A DNA stretch of 64,000 nt from an uncultured virus (IMG/VR IMGVR_UViG_3300044998_000523). Taxonomy: Duplodnaviria; Heunggongvirae; Uroviricota; Caudoviricetes. The stretch lies in IMG/VR virus record IMGVR_UViG_3300044998_000523. The stretch is one strand, 5' to 3'. Shown one piece after another: positions 8,878 to 18,879 of this stretch (position 1 is its first letter; every line of letters starts with the position of its first letter). Under the pieces are notes generated by a model. The model was not told the DNA's origin. It saw only the letters and a list, made by a program, of their open reading frames with translations, and ran no database searches. A program made the translations under genes and the position numbers.

Positions 8878-11657
8878 TGGCGACGCCCAAGCAACTACAA
8901 GATTACTACCAGATTATCAAGCCCAAAGATCTTATCGGCGGGTTTAAGCAGAGCTCTGTCCTTAAAAATGCTCCCGAAAACAAGGAGATCTACGAGAAAG
9001 CGATGGAATTGATCGTCAACTCGGATAGAACGGGAGCGTATACGTTCGACGAGATGATCAATAAGATCAAGGAATTTGTCGGAGAAGAGGGCGGAGAATC
9101 CGTCCATGATGTCATCAGGATTTATTCTGATACGCCTCCGCCCGGCGACGCTGATTATGGCAAGGCCGACGCGGGCTACGTCAAAATTTCTAAAGTGATG
9201 GCTGAGCCGCAAGATTCCGGAACGAAAGTCGGAATTGTGATGTCGCATTCCCCTTACGTCTCTTTTAATCTGCGTCACATGAATCATGTGACGACCTTCC
9301 TGACAGCGGTGCCTACGATCGAACTGTCGAGAGCCGTGCCCTTTGTAGATGTCAACTTTCAATTTAGATCTGATCAAGATGGCTCGGGCGCTTTGACGGC
9401 CGAAGGCCGCCATCGAGTTCCCTCACTTATTAAGTTTTTAGAAGGAGCGATCAAGGCTGAAGGAGCCTCGAAGACGCTGGTCGAAAGCTATGATAAGACA
9501 GAGAAGGGTACCAATCAGAAAATCTCAGAGATCGATATGGGAATCTTTACGGCTCCCCAGACGCTCGTCAATCCGGATCTGAGATACGATGCTAAAGGTG
9601 GTTCGAGCAATACTATTGCTGCCGAAGTGGGAGACAGATTCAGGCCTTTGGCTTCTCTGCAGAGTATTCATATCGATGTAGTAGCTTCTCCGTCTTACAC
9701 GGTAGCCTATAAATGGATGAAGATGGAGCTCATCCTGCATGATCGTACTCGATTGGCCGAGATCGCCAATCTGATTCGCCCGGCTGTCTACACGAATACC
9801 TCTTTGGTCATTCGCTACGGCTGGTCCCATCCTGATAATTCTTCGACTAACGCGTATGCCGAACTCATCAACCAGATGAGAGTCGAGGAAAGATATGCCA
9901 TCAAAAACGCGTCGTATTCATTCGATGATGTAGGTCAAGTCAAAATCAATCTCGAGCTTTCTCAATTGGGCGAGAATCAGCTTTGGCTGTCTCGAATCTC
10001 TGAGAGCGAAAAGTTTCAGAGCCTACAGGCCAAGATCGAATCGGTGAGAGACAGGATCTTCAATCTTATTCAGGATTTGGGTATCCCAACGGAAGCTGAT
10101 ACACGAGCGTATCAGATCATGAACTTCGTCGATAATAGCACCAATTCAGATGTGCCTGACAGGGAAATCAACGAGAAGATCTCTAAATTCATTTCCAGCG
10201 TCAAGGCTGCCAATCCGGGAGCCAAGAAGGCTTTGGCGCTGGAATTGTCCGATCTTCTCGAAGGAAAAGTCAAGGACAAGGACAAGGACATCAAGGGACT
10301 CAAAGAGCAGCTCAAAAATACCGTACTGTCTTCCATGGAAGAAAAGTACAAGGGTATGCAAGAGAATCCGGATCCCTTTCTTCCCAATCCCGAAAAGGAT
10401 ACTGAGAAGATTCGATATGCCAAAGACATTAAGGGTAAGATCACGAAAGTTCCGGGCAGCGATAAGAAGCGTTACGGAGTCTCGAGTCTAGCCAAAATCA
10501 TGACTCTTTTCATTCTGCAGCCGCTACGTCAGACAGGTAAGTTTGATGAAGTGCAGATCATTTATTATCCTTTCAACGACTACTGCGGTAATGCCGGCGG
10601 CACCAATATAGGTCAATTCCCTATCGATATCGGCATCTTCAAAAAAGTGATGGAGGACCAGGTCAAGAAGAAGGGAATGAGGGACATGACGGTGGCAGAA
10701 TTTGGTAAGTTGCTTAACGATGCGTTCATCGCCGATCCCAGTGCGATCGCTTATGGCATGTCCAATCATTACGTCGGCCGTACCGGAGTCGATCTGCCGA
10801 AACCCAAACCCAACTCTAACATCGAATCGGCCCAGGACGCTCTGCTCGGAGCTACGGGCGCCGGCGGCGTATGGAAGAATCCGACAGTTGAGTTTTATCT
10901 CGAATGTCTGACAAAGAACAATCCGCCCACCGCAGATCGAGACATGAAGGCCAAGACGGGAGACGGATCTATTCTTCGAATTCACGTCTACGATAAGCAG
11001 TCGACTCCTTGGGACGGCTTTATGAAGTTGAAGAGCGCGTTAAGTCGCATCAATTCTTCTACCCTCAAACCCGATAAAAATTCGAGCAACCAGATTCCAA
11101 GCGGGAAGAAGCAGATCCAGCAAGGAATTGCTGACCTAAAAGAAGCATTGGCTTTGGGAGGAGCGTCCTTTGAAGAGAAAGATGGCGTCATAACACTCAA
11201 AGACTTCAATGTGACGAAGATCAAGAAGCTTATTTCTAGTTTTGTGCCCACGTTGACTTACGGTACCAACAACACGGGAATTCTCAAGGCTAACTTGCAA
11301 TCGATTCAGGATCCCAGGTTGAGCACCGTCAATCAATTGAGGCAGAACGCGGGCACGTCGACATCTCCCAACGGAACAGGAGTCTCAGGTTTGCCGCTTC
11401 GAGTCATTCCTGGGCAGATTCAAATGATGCTACTGGGATGTCCACTGATGAGTATTAATCAGCAATTCTTCATTGATTTCGGAACCAACACCGATCTGGA
11501 TAATTTCTACGCCCTCACTGGTTTGACTCATACGATTTCCCAGGGAAAGTTTGAGACGTCAGCGAAATTCATCTGGATGGATGCTTATGGCTCGTATGAG
11601 AATATCTCTACCCAGTTCAAGCAGTTGGCCCAACTGATCAAGAAGGCTTCTGAGTGA
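8877..11657 (+). CDS. baseplate hub protein (gpD/gp27-like)
   Basis: 926 aa following the LysM gene; C-terminal LGCP..INQQFFIDF..DNFYALTGLTHTISQGKFETS is typical of hub OB-fold ends. Confidence 0.55.
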   Translation: MATPKQLQDYYQIIKPKDLIGGFKQSSVLKNAPENKEIYEKAMELIVNSDRTGAYTFDEMINKIKEFVGEEGGESVHDVIRIYSDTPPPGDADYGKADAGYVKISKVMAEPQDSGTKVGIVMSHSPYVSFNLRHMNHVTTFLTAVPTIELSRAVPFVDVNFQFRSDQDGSGALTAEGRHRVPSLIKFLEGAIKAEGASKTLVESYDKTEKGTNQKISEIDMGIFTAPQTLVNPDLRYDAKGGSSNTIAAEVGDRFRPLASLQSIHIDVVASPSYTVAYKWMKMELILHDRTRLAEIANLIRPAVYTNTSLVIRYGWSHPDNSSTNAYAELINQMRVEERYAIKNASYSFDDVGQVKINLELSQLGENQLWLSRISESEKFQSLQAKIESVRDRIFNLIQDLGIPTEADTRAYQIMNFVDNSTNSDVPDREINEKISKFISSVKAANPGAKKALALELSDLLEGKVKDKDKDIKGLKEQLKNTVLSSMEEKYKGMQENPDPFLPNPEKDTEKIRYAKDIKGKITKVPGSDKKRYGVSSLAKIMTLFILQPLRQTGKFDEVQIIYYPFNDYCGNAGGTNIGQFPIDIGIFKKVMEDQVKKKGMRDMTVAEFGKLLNDAFIADPSAIAYGMSNHYVGRTGVDLPKPKPNSNIESAQDALLGATGAGGVWKNPTVEFYLECLTKNNPPTADRDMKAKTGDGSILRIHVYDKQSTPWDGFMKLKSALSRINSSTLKPDKNSSNQIPSGKKQIQQGIADLKEALALGGASFEEKDGVITLKDFNVTKIKKLISSFVPTLTYGTNNTGILKANLQSIQDPRLSTVNQLRQNAGTSTSPNGTGVSGLPLRVIPGQIQMMLLGCPLMSINQQFFIDFGTNTDLDNFYALTGLTHTISQGKFETSAKFIWMDAYGSYENISTQFKQLAQLIKKASE

Positions 11658-11659
11658 CG

Positions 11660-11688
11660 TTGTAAACGTATAGGGCCCGCTATAAGAT
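11660..11688 (+). promoter_or_regulatory. sigma70-like phage promoter TTGTAA-N17-TAAGAT
   Basis: Intergenic; the same NTGTAA-N17/18-TAnnAT pattern recurs at other gene starts. Confidence 0.55.
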
Positions 11689-11695
11689 TCGTATA

Positions 11696-12871
11696 GTGGC
11701 CTTTGCCATCACCAAAGATGTTTTGAAGTGCGATCGTCATCTGATTCGCACTGATGATGGATATTGTTGGGCGAATGATTTGCCCACCGACATCCCGACG
11801 TACGACGCCGACTTTAGACCCAAGAAGTGTCTTAGAACGTCGATGTATCTGTCGGGTAAGTCTCCCGAAAACCTCGAAGGTCTAGATCGTTACGCGAAAG
11901 CGCTCAATTCGATTCCTTTCGAAGAGCGTCCTCCGCTGTGCGCTTTTCTGCCCAAAGCAGAATATAAAGCGTCGATGATGTCTCTCGTTCGTAAGATCGA
12001 AGAACATATAAAGACGCCTTCGTATTATGACCTGCATTACGAGCGTCATACGCAAGTCTTTGAATCCCTGCAAAGAGCTCTAGTTCATTTGAATAAAATC
12101 TCTCAGCACTCGGCCGAATCAGATGCCAATCGGCCAGTACTGGCGAGCTTCTTTCCGGACGTCGATAACAAATGTCGACCCGTCAAGTATGACCGGATAT
12201 CGGGCCGAACGGGCCGCCTGAAAGTGGCCTCTGGTCCCTCGATCCTGACCCTGAAAAAAGAATATCGGGATATCCTTAGATCTAGGTTTGATGGAGGAAG
12301 AATTATCTCCGTCGATTATAAGAGCCTCGAGGCCCGAGCCTTTCTTTACCTGTCGGGCGGCGCCGAACCCGATGACGACATATATGTCGCCATGGCTTCG
12401 AAACTATTCAACAACGAATATCCGAGGCACATAGTCAAAGCCGTCGTCATCTCTTTGCTGTACGGCATGGGAGATCCGGCCCTGGCCATTAAGCTTAATA
12501 TAGACAAAGGAAAAGTTCGCAAGCTTTCACGCTCGGTGAGAAAGCACTTCAGATACGAAGATCTGAAATCTCGCCTCGAATCCCAGCTCAAGGGAGATAC
12601 GATATCTAATTTCTACGGTCGGGTCATCTACGTGCCTAATGAACGCCTATTGCTTAATACGTACGTGCAATCTACATCGGTCGACATCGTCTTGAACGGA
12701 TTTTTGAATCTGATCCAGGTCGTGCCCGCGACGCAGGCTGTTCCGCTTTTTGTGTTGCATGATGCGCTAATCCTGGATGCGGCTCCTGATTTCGATGTCG
12801 AATCAGTGAGGGTGGCTGAGAAGGTTCCTGGTTTCGATGGACATTTTCCTGTACACGTCTCGTCGTTTTGA
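11696..12871 (+). CDS. family A DNA polymerase, polymerase domain only
   Basis: GRTGRL, motif A SVDYKSLEAR, motif B RHIVK..LLYGMG, NTYVQSTSVD and motif C LHDALI; no exonuclease domain recognised. Confidence 0.8.
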   Translation: MAFAITKDVLKCDRHLIRTDDGYCWANDLPTDIPTYDADFRPKKCLRTSMYLSGKSPENLEGLDRYAKALNSIPFEERPPLCAFLPKAEYKASMMSLVRKIEEHIKTPSYYDLHYERHTQVFESLQRALVHLNKISQHSAESDANRPVLASFFPDVDNKCRPVKYDRISGRTGRLKVASGPSILTLKKEYRDILRSRFDGGRIISVDYKSLEARAFLYLSGGAEPDDDIYVAMASKLFNNEYPRHIVKAVVISLLYGMGDPALAIKLNIDKGKVRKLSRSVRKHFRYEDLKSRLESQLKGDTISNFYGRVIYVPNERLLLNTYVQSTSVDIVLNGFLNLIQVVPATQAVPLFVLHDALILDAAPDFDVESVRVAEKVPGFDGHFPVHVSSF

Positions 12872-12894
12872 TAACCATTTAGCGAGGTAATCCC

Positions 12895-13497
12895 ATGGCA
12901 AAAAACTACGAGATCTCTCCTGAAAAGATCGCTGAAAATTTCGAAAAGTTCGAGGCGCTATGCAAGCGTCTCGGAGATCGATCCGAAAATGTCTTGAAGA
13001 TGGTCGAGCATCTGGGAGAGCGTCTGGCTCTCTGTCCGGCTTCGGCTCGTGTCGAGCATCACTCTTGTTTTCCGGGAGGATTGGTCGATCATTCGCTGAG
13101 AGTGCTGACGACGGCCGGCCGATTGGCTAAAGTTCACGAATGCAATTTTCCGCTAGACAGCCTTATCATTTCTTGTCTCTTCCATGACCTAGGAAAAGTG
13201 GGAGATGAGAACGAAGATTATTATGTCGTTCAGAAGTCAGATTGGCACCGCGACAAGGGTATGCTGTATGATTACAACGATAAAATTTCGTACATGTCTG
13301 TCCCACACCGTAGCGTTTACCTGATGCAGCGCTTCGACATCAAGCTCTCTCAAGAGGAGTATCTAGCGATTCTTCTGAATGATGGACAGTATGTCGAAGC
13401 AAACAAGCCGTACGCGATGCGCGAACCTCTGCTCAGTATGGTTGTGCATCAGGCTGATGCGTTTTCGACGATGTGGGAAAAGACCAACTTAAAGTGA
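12895..13497 (+). CDS. HD-domain phosphohydrolase
   Basis: HHSCFPGGLVDHSLRV...LFHDLGK...VHQAD. Confidence 0.85.
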   Translation: MAKNYEISPEKIAENFEKFEALCKRLGDRSENVLKMVEHLGERLALCPASARVEHHSCFPGGLVDHSLRVLTTAGRLAKVHECNFPLDSLIISCLFHDLGKVGDENEDYYVVQKSDWHRDKGMLYDYNDKISYMSVPHRSVYLMQRFDIKLSQEEYLAILLNDGQYVEANKPYAMREPLLSMVVHQADAFSTMWEKTNLK

Positions 13498-13527
13498 ATT
13501 TAAGTTGGGAATCCAATATTCATTGGT

Positions 13528-13728
13528 ATGTCTGCCAAGCTTCTAAAAGCCTATCTACGGATGGTTCTGGAGGAAGAGAAGGCTGAGGAGCCTCTCGAAG
13601 AGATGGGCGCCGCCTCGGGCGGCTCCAACGCAATGAGCGCCGGAAACGTCGCTGGTTTTACTGCTCCGCTCGGATCCAAACCTAATCGTCGAAAATCCTC
13701 TCGTCGTCTAACTCAACCTAAGAAGTGA
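13528..13728 (+). CDS. small protein with N-terminal helical tag, putative head protein
   Basis: MSAKLLKAYLRMVLEEE then GNVAGFTAPLG. Confidence 0.6.
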   Translation: MSAKLLKAYLRMVLEEEKAEEPLEEMGAASGGSNAMSAGNVAGFTAPLGSKPNRRKSSRRLTQPKK

Positions 13729-13785
13729 ACAATTTTTGTTTAGTTCTTACATTTCATCTAACCCCATAACCCAAAGGAAAATCAA

Positions 13786-14682
13786 ATGGCTCTCGATCTC
13801 GAAGCGATCCGTAAGAAGGTCGCACAACTCAATGGTACCCTGAATCGTTCTCGTGTCAAATACTGGAAGCCCGATCTGGGTGAGTACAACATCCGAGTAC
13901 TCCCGTGGCCTAACAATGATGGGCAGCCGTTCAAGGAGCGCTGGTTCTATTATAATATCGGCAAGAACCCGGGCCTTTTGGCTCCGACGCAGTTTCAGAA
14001 GGCCGATCCCGTCCAGGAGCTCATCGATAAGCTCCATGCTTCCGGTAAAAAGGAAGACAAGGAGATTGCCAAGAAGCTCTATCCGAAGATGAGAGCGTTT
14101 GCTCCCGTCATCGTGCGAGGGGCTGATGACCAGGTTCTCGTTTGGTCCTTCGGCAAGGAGATCTACCAGCGTTTGCTCGAGTTTTTCCTCGACGCTGAGA
14201 TCGGTGACATCACGGATGTCAACAACGGCTTCGATCTAAAGGTGAAGATCACCAAGGCCCCGGGCAAGTTCTGGCCCGACACGACCGTCGACGTGGCCCG
14301 TAAGTCGTCGAAGCTCTTCTCTGATTCCAAGAAGATCGAGGATACGCTCTCCGCTATCCCGAATCTGGATGAGTATCACAAGCTCAAGTCTTACGACGAG
14401 CTTAAGTCGATCATCGAGGCGTGGTCTCGAGGAGACGACCAGGATCCCAACCAGTCCGAAGGAACCTCTCGAGGATCCGAGGAACCGGATGAGCTTGAGA
14501 AGCTGACTTCTGAAGTGGCAGCTATGAAGTCCAAGACCGAAGAAAAGGTCGAAGAGACTAAGCCCGCCGCGGAGACTAAGGCGAAGGGCAAGAGCAAGAA
14601 GTCAGACGATCTCGAGGACGTCCTTCCCTCTTCCAAGACCGCCGACCTGGATTCCGTCTTCGACGAAATCGCGAATTCCTGA
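13786..14682 (+). CDS. single-stranded DNA-binding protein (T4 gp32-like)
   Basis: WKP..GEYNIRVLP, WSFGKEIYQ, GDITD..NGFDL, acidic C-terminal tail; adjacent to recA. Confidence 0.8.
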   Translation: MALDLEAIRKKVAQLNGTLNRSRVKYWKPDLGEYNIRVLPWPNNDGQPFKERWFYYNIGKNPGLLAPTQFQKADPVQELIDKLHASGKKEDKEIAKKLYPKMRAFAPVIVRGADDQVLVWSFGKEIYQRLLEFFLDAEIGDITDVNNGFDLKVKITKAPGKFWPDTTVDVARKSSKLFSDSKKIEDTLSAIPNLDEYHKLKSYDELKSIIEAWSRGDDQDPNQSEGTSRGSEEPDELEKLTSEVAAMKSKTEEKVEETKPAAETKAKGKSKKSDDLEDVLPSSKTADLDSVFDEIANS

Positions 14683-14705
14683 TCTAGGAAAGAAAAAGAG
14701 GAACA

Positions 14706-15893
14706 ATGGCAAAGCCTGGTAAGAAGGCTCAGCAGAGTTCTGCTCTCGTGACCGAGGAGCAGGATGACTTTACGGCTGAGTTAATTTCGAGCATCAACAA
14801 GGAACACGGTCACCAGATCGCCTACAACCTATCGACGGACGCGGCGCCGACCGTGGTCAAGCGTTGGATCTCGACTAGTTCCAGGCTTCTTGATTACGCT
14901 ATCGGCAATGCAAGGGATCGAGGAGTGCCCGAAGGTCGAATCATCGAAATCTTCGGGCCTCCCTCGACCGGCAAGTCTCACATTGCTTTGCAGTTGTGTA
15001 AGACTGTCCAGAAGATGGGCGGCATCGTCATTTACATCGATACGGAGAATGCGACATCGGTCGAAAATCTCCACACGATGGGAATCGACGTCAAGAAGAA
15101 GTTCGTCTATATCGAAACGAGCTGTACAGAGGATGTCTTTTCTGTCATCGAAAGCACGATCCTCAAGGCGAAAGCTCTCAATAAGGATGTGCCCATCATC
15201 GTTGTTTGGGACTCCGTCGCTGCTACTTCTCCCAAGGAAGAGCTTCTCGGAGAATATGACAAGAGCACTATCGGTCTGCAAGCTCGAGTCATTTCCAAGG
15301 GCATGAGAAAGATTACGGGAGTCATCGGCGTCAACAATGTTACTCTCGTTTGTCTCAATCAGACTCGTATGAAGATCGGCGTCATGTTCGGAGATCCAAC
15401 TACCACATCAGGTGGTAATGCGATTCCATTTCATGCTAGCGTCAGAATTTCTCTGAACGGGGGATCTAAGATCGAGAACAAAGATGGAGATGTCATCGGC
15501 ATCAATGTCTCGGCTCGCATCATGAAAAACAAAGTAGCGCCACCCCACAAGAAGGTTGAATTTCAAATTCATTTCGGTAAGGGCATCGTCGAGCATGAAG
15601 AGTTGTTCGATCGCTTGAGAGAAGCAGGCGCGCAATCTGCCAACGGCAAAGAGATCACTGTTTCGGGCGATGGCGCTTGGAAGCTTCTGAAGGTTGTTGA
15701 TGAGTCGTCGCAAATGACGATCATCGAAAAGAAGTTCATAAAGAGTCAATTTGGAGAGCTCATGAATGATTCGACTTACGGGCCTTACATCGAAGATGCT
15801 ATTGAAAAGGCGCTCGTCACTCACCAGATGGTGTCTTTGTCTGCTGCAGCAGAAGCGGACGAGAATACTCCTGCCGAAGAGATCGAATCATGA
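14706..15893 (+). CDS. recA: RecA/UvsX recombinase
   Basis: GRIIEIFGPPSTGKS, YIDTENA, VWDSVAA, NQTRMKIGVMFGDP, KNKVAPP. Confidence 0.95.
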   Translation: MAKPGKKAQQSSALVTEEQDDFTAELISSINKEHGHQIAYNLSTDAAPTVVKRWISTSSRLLDYAIGNARDRGVPEGRIIEIFGPPSTGKSHIALQLCKTVQKMGGIVIYIDTENATSVENLHTMGIDVKKKFVYIETSCTEDVFSVIESTILKAKALNKDVPIIVVWDSVAATSPKEELLGEYDKSTIGLQARVISKGMRKITGVIGVNNVTLVCLNQTRMKIGVMFGDPTTTSGGNAIPFHASVRISLNGGSKIENKDGDVIGINVSARIMKNKVAPPHKKVEFQIHFGKGIVEHEELFDRLREAGAQSANGKEITVSGDGAWKLLKVVDESSQMTIIEKKFIKSQFGELMNDSTYGPYIEDAIEKALVTHQMVSLSAAAEADENTPAEEIES

Positions 15894-16402
15894 CGGATCG
15901 GCTTGTCGTCCGCCGCGTCATCAAAGTCAAGAAAACTAGAGAAGATGCGGTCATTCCTGTGCCATCTGACGGCAACGTCGGATACGATTTATCGACCCCT
16001 GTCAGAGTCGAGCTTTTTCCAGGTGAAGTGACTCGTATCGATGTCGGTCTTATCTTGGCTGACGATATGGATTACTCTTTGGCAGGTCCTGTCAGCGGCT
16101 TCGACGGAAAAGCCACGACGCTTGTTCCCTTCTTCAAAGTCGAAGGACGATCGGGTCTAGCGTCGAAAGGAATATTCCCAGTGGGAGGCATCATCGATCC
16201 CTCTTACCGAGGAGAGATCGGCGTTTTACTTTTCAATTCAACGAAAAAAAGTTTTGTTCTAGAAAAGGGCGCTCGGATCGCTCAGTTGGTCTGTTATCAC
16301 ACGTTGTCTCCTCTTCGGAATTCGGAGGTCGTCTTTGATGAAGTCAAAGAGGTCGTGCCGAGCGATAGGAACGACAGCGGATTCGGTTCTTCGGGTGCAT
16401 GA
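15890..16402 (+). CDS. dut: trimeric dUTPase
   Basis: GYDL, GRSGLA, GIIDPSYRGEI, RIAQLV, RNDSGFGSSG. Confidence 0.95.
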   Translation: MTDRLVVRRVIKVKKTREDAVIPVPSDGNVGYDLSTPVRVELFPGEVTRIDVGLILADDMDYSLAGPVSGFDGKATTLVPFFKVEGRSGLASKGIFPVGGIIDPSYRGEIGVLLFNSTKKSFVLEKGARIAQLVCYHTLSPLRNSEVVFDEVKEVVPSDRNDSGFGSSGA

Positions 16403-16435
16403 ACATCAGTTGTTTTCGAGTTATTTAATCTCCGC

Positions 16436-17392
16436 ATGACCGCACCGTCGTCGACTCGGAATGTTCTCCTAATCGACGCCTGGAACCTATTCTGCAGAAG
16501 CTATGCAGCCTATCCGTCGATGACGACGAATGGCGAACAAATAGGTGGAGCAGTCGGATTTGTCAAGACCATTACTCATCTGGTCAAGACGTTTTCCCCC
16601 CACATCGTATACGTTGTTTGGGAATCTGGCGGGTCTCCACGCAGGCGTCGTTTGTACTCTGAATATAAGCGCGGAGCTCGCCCTCAGAAGCTCAATCGTT
16701 ACTACGAGGATGATCTTCCTGACACGGTGGAAAACAAAATCCATCAGGTCAGGGTCCTGACGAAGTTGCTAGCATGCATGCCTGTATGTCAGATTCATGT
16801 TCCGGATTGTGAGGGTGACGACATCATCGCTTACATGGTCAACAAGATCCAGGACAATCGGATCATCGTTTCTACCGATCGGGATTACTATCAGCTTCTG
16901 AAGCCGGGAGTATCGGTCTACAATCCGACTCGAAAGACGATAATCACGGAAAAAGACGTTATGTCAGAATTCAACGTCTCGGCCCGTAATTTTGCTCTCG
17001 CTAAGAGCATCTGCGGAGATACGTCCGATAATGTTCCTGGCATCAAGGGATTCGGCTACAAGACGATTTCTAAGAAATTTCCGATTCTGATGTCCAGCGG
17101 CACGATTCTAGTGGAAGATCTGATCTCTTATGCCGCTGCTCGTCGAGATGAATCCTCGTATTACGGTCGCCTATTCGAAGAGGCTGATGACGTTCGCCGC
17201 AACTGGAAGTTGGTCTATCTAGATACTTCTTCACTTTCAGCCTACCAGGTTCAACGTATAGATCATACCATCGACGCATTTCAGGCTAGCCTGGATAAGA
17301 TGAAGTTCGTCAAGCTGCTGAACGAAGAAGGTATTCAAGGCCTTAATATCGAAGAAATTTGCTATACCTTCGTCAAGCTCAATAGCCAATAG
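16436..17392 (+). CDS. 5'-3' exonuclease / flap endonuclease (T4 RNase H-like)
   Basis: LLIDAWN, EGDDIIA, STDRDYYQL, GDTSDNVPGIKGFG. Confidence 0.9.
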   Translation: MTAPSSTRNVLLIDAWNLFCRSYAAYPSMTTNGEQIGGAVGFVKTITHLVKTFSPHIVYVVWESGGSPRRRRLYSEYKRGARPQKLNRYYEDDLPDTVENKIHQVRVLTKLLACMPVCQIHVPDCEGDDIIAYMVNKIQDNRIIVSTDRDYYQLLKPGVSVYNPTRKTIITEKDVMSEFNVSARNFALAKSICGDTSDNVPGIKGFGYKTISKKFPILMSSGTILVEDLISYAAARRDESSYYGRLFEEADDVRRNWKLVYLDTSSLSAYQVQRIDHTIDAFQASLDKMKFVKLLNEEGIQGLNIEEICYTFVKLNSQ

Positions 17393-17400
17393 GACTCTAA

Positions 17401-18849
17401 ATGACTGAGACAAAAAGTGATAAGCCGACGTTTGCCGGCTACGGCAAGGATTTCCAAGAAAAGATCGTGCAGGCCCTGCTGGTCGACAAAAAGTTTGCCG
17501 AGCAGATGATGGAAGTCCTGGACGTCAACTACTTCGAGCTCAAGTATCTGCAGTTTCTTGCTGATCGATACTTTTCATATTCGAAGAAGTACAAGGATTT
17601 TCCGACGTTACAATTGCTTGTCACTATCATTCGAGACGATCTCAAGAATGGAACTGATACTCTTTTGCGAGATCAGATCATCGAATACTTGCAAAGAGCT
17701 AAGTTAAATCAGAATCCGGGTGACTTGCCCTTTGTCAAAGAAAAGTCCCTTGATTTCTGTCGAAAGCAGGCTTTGAAGGAAGCTCTCGAAGAGGTCCTCG
17801 ATCTAGTCTCTACTGAGAAATATGAGAGCGTCGTTGAGGTCATCAAAAAGGCCGTCTCGGTCGGTACGACGCCCTCTATCGGTCACGACTTTCTCAATGA
17901 CATCGAGGCGCGCTTCGTACGCCTCAAGAGGGAATGCGTCCCGACAGGCATTACGGAGCTGGACCGCAAGGAGATCTTCAACGGAGGATTGGGCCGCGGC
18001 GAGCTCGGAGTTGTTGTCGCTAATACAGGAGTCGGCAAGAGCCACTTTCTCGTCCAGCTCGGAGCCAACGCCATGAAGCAGTGCAAGAATGTTCTGCACT
18101 ATACATTCGAACTTTCTGAGACGCTGGTCGGCATGAGATACGATTCGAATCTAGTCGATATCTCATTCAACGATTTGCTTGAGCGTAAGCAAGACGTCAT
18201 CGATCACTATGGAAAATCGAAGCTGGGTCGTCTGGTCATCAAGGAGTATCCGATGAACACGGCCACGATCTACACTCTCAGGTCTCATGTCGAAAAACTG
18301 GCCCTCAAGGGATTCATCCCCGATTTGATTATAATCGACTATGCCGACGTCATGCGATCTACTCGACAGTACGATTCGCTACGTCACGAGCTCAAGTTGA
18401 TTTACGAGGAGCTGCGCAGCTACGCCACGGAGATCCAGCTTCCCGTCTGGACGGCATCTCAGGCCAATCGAGATTCTTCGCAGAATGATGTTGTCGGATT
18501 GGAATCGATGAGCGAAGCTTACGGTAAGGCGATGGTCGCTGATGTCGTCGTTTCTATTTCTCGTAAGGCGGCAGAGAAGTCGACGGGCTGGGGTCGTCTT
18601 TTTATCGCAAAAAATCGAGCCGGTAGGGACGGTCTCGTCTACCCGGTGAGGATCGATACGGCCAAGTCTGTCTTCTCTATCGCTGGTGAAGTTACCAACC
18701 CTGACGACGTTGCGAAAGAAAACGAAGCCTTTACACGTCGCACGATTCGGGAAAAATTGAAGGAACTGTCGGAAGAGGGGATGATCAAGCTAAGCGATGT
18801 CATGCCCTCAAGAGAGGCTTCTGCTATCGAACCCGAACAGAAGAAGTGA
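17401..18849 (+). CDS. DnaB-like replicative helicase (gp41-like)
   Basis: ANTGVGKS, IIIDYAD, WTASQANR, IAKNRAG. Confidence 0.9.
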   Translation: MTETKSDKPTFAGYGKDFQEKIVQALLVDKKFAEQMMEVLDVNYFELKYLQFLADRYFSYSKKYKDFPTLQLLVTIIRDDLKNGTDTLLRDQIIEYLQRAKLNQNPGDLPFVKEKSLDFCRKQALKEALEEVLDLVSTEKYESVVEVIKKAVSVGTTPSIGHDFLNDIEARFVRLKRECVPTGITELDRKEIFNGGLGRGELGVVVANTGVGKSHFLVQLGANAMKQCKNVLHYTFELSETLVGMRYDSNLVDISFNDLLERKQDVIDHYGKSKLGRLVIKEYPMNTATIYTLRSHVEKLALKGFIPDLIIIDYADVMRSTRQYDSLRHELKLIYEELRSYATEIQLPVWTASQANRDSSQNDVVGLESMSEAYGKAMVADVVVSISRKAAEKSTGWGRLFIAKNRAGRDGLVYPVRIDTAKSVFSIAGEVTNPDDVAKENEAFTRRTIREKLKELSEEGMIKLSDVMPSREASAIEPEQKK

Positions 18850-18879
18850 TACTTATCTAATGTTCTATGGACCGTCGCT

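Noticed and set aside
10271..10290. CAAGGA short tandem repeat
   Set aside because: In-frame KDKDKD low-complexity coding sequence.
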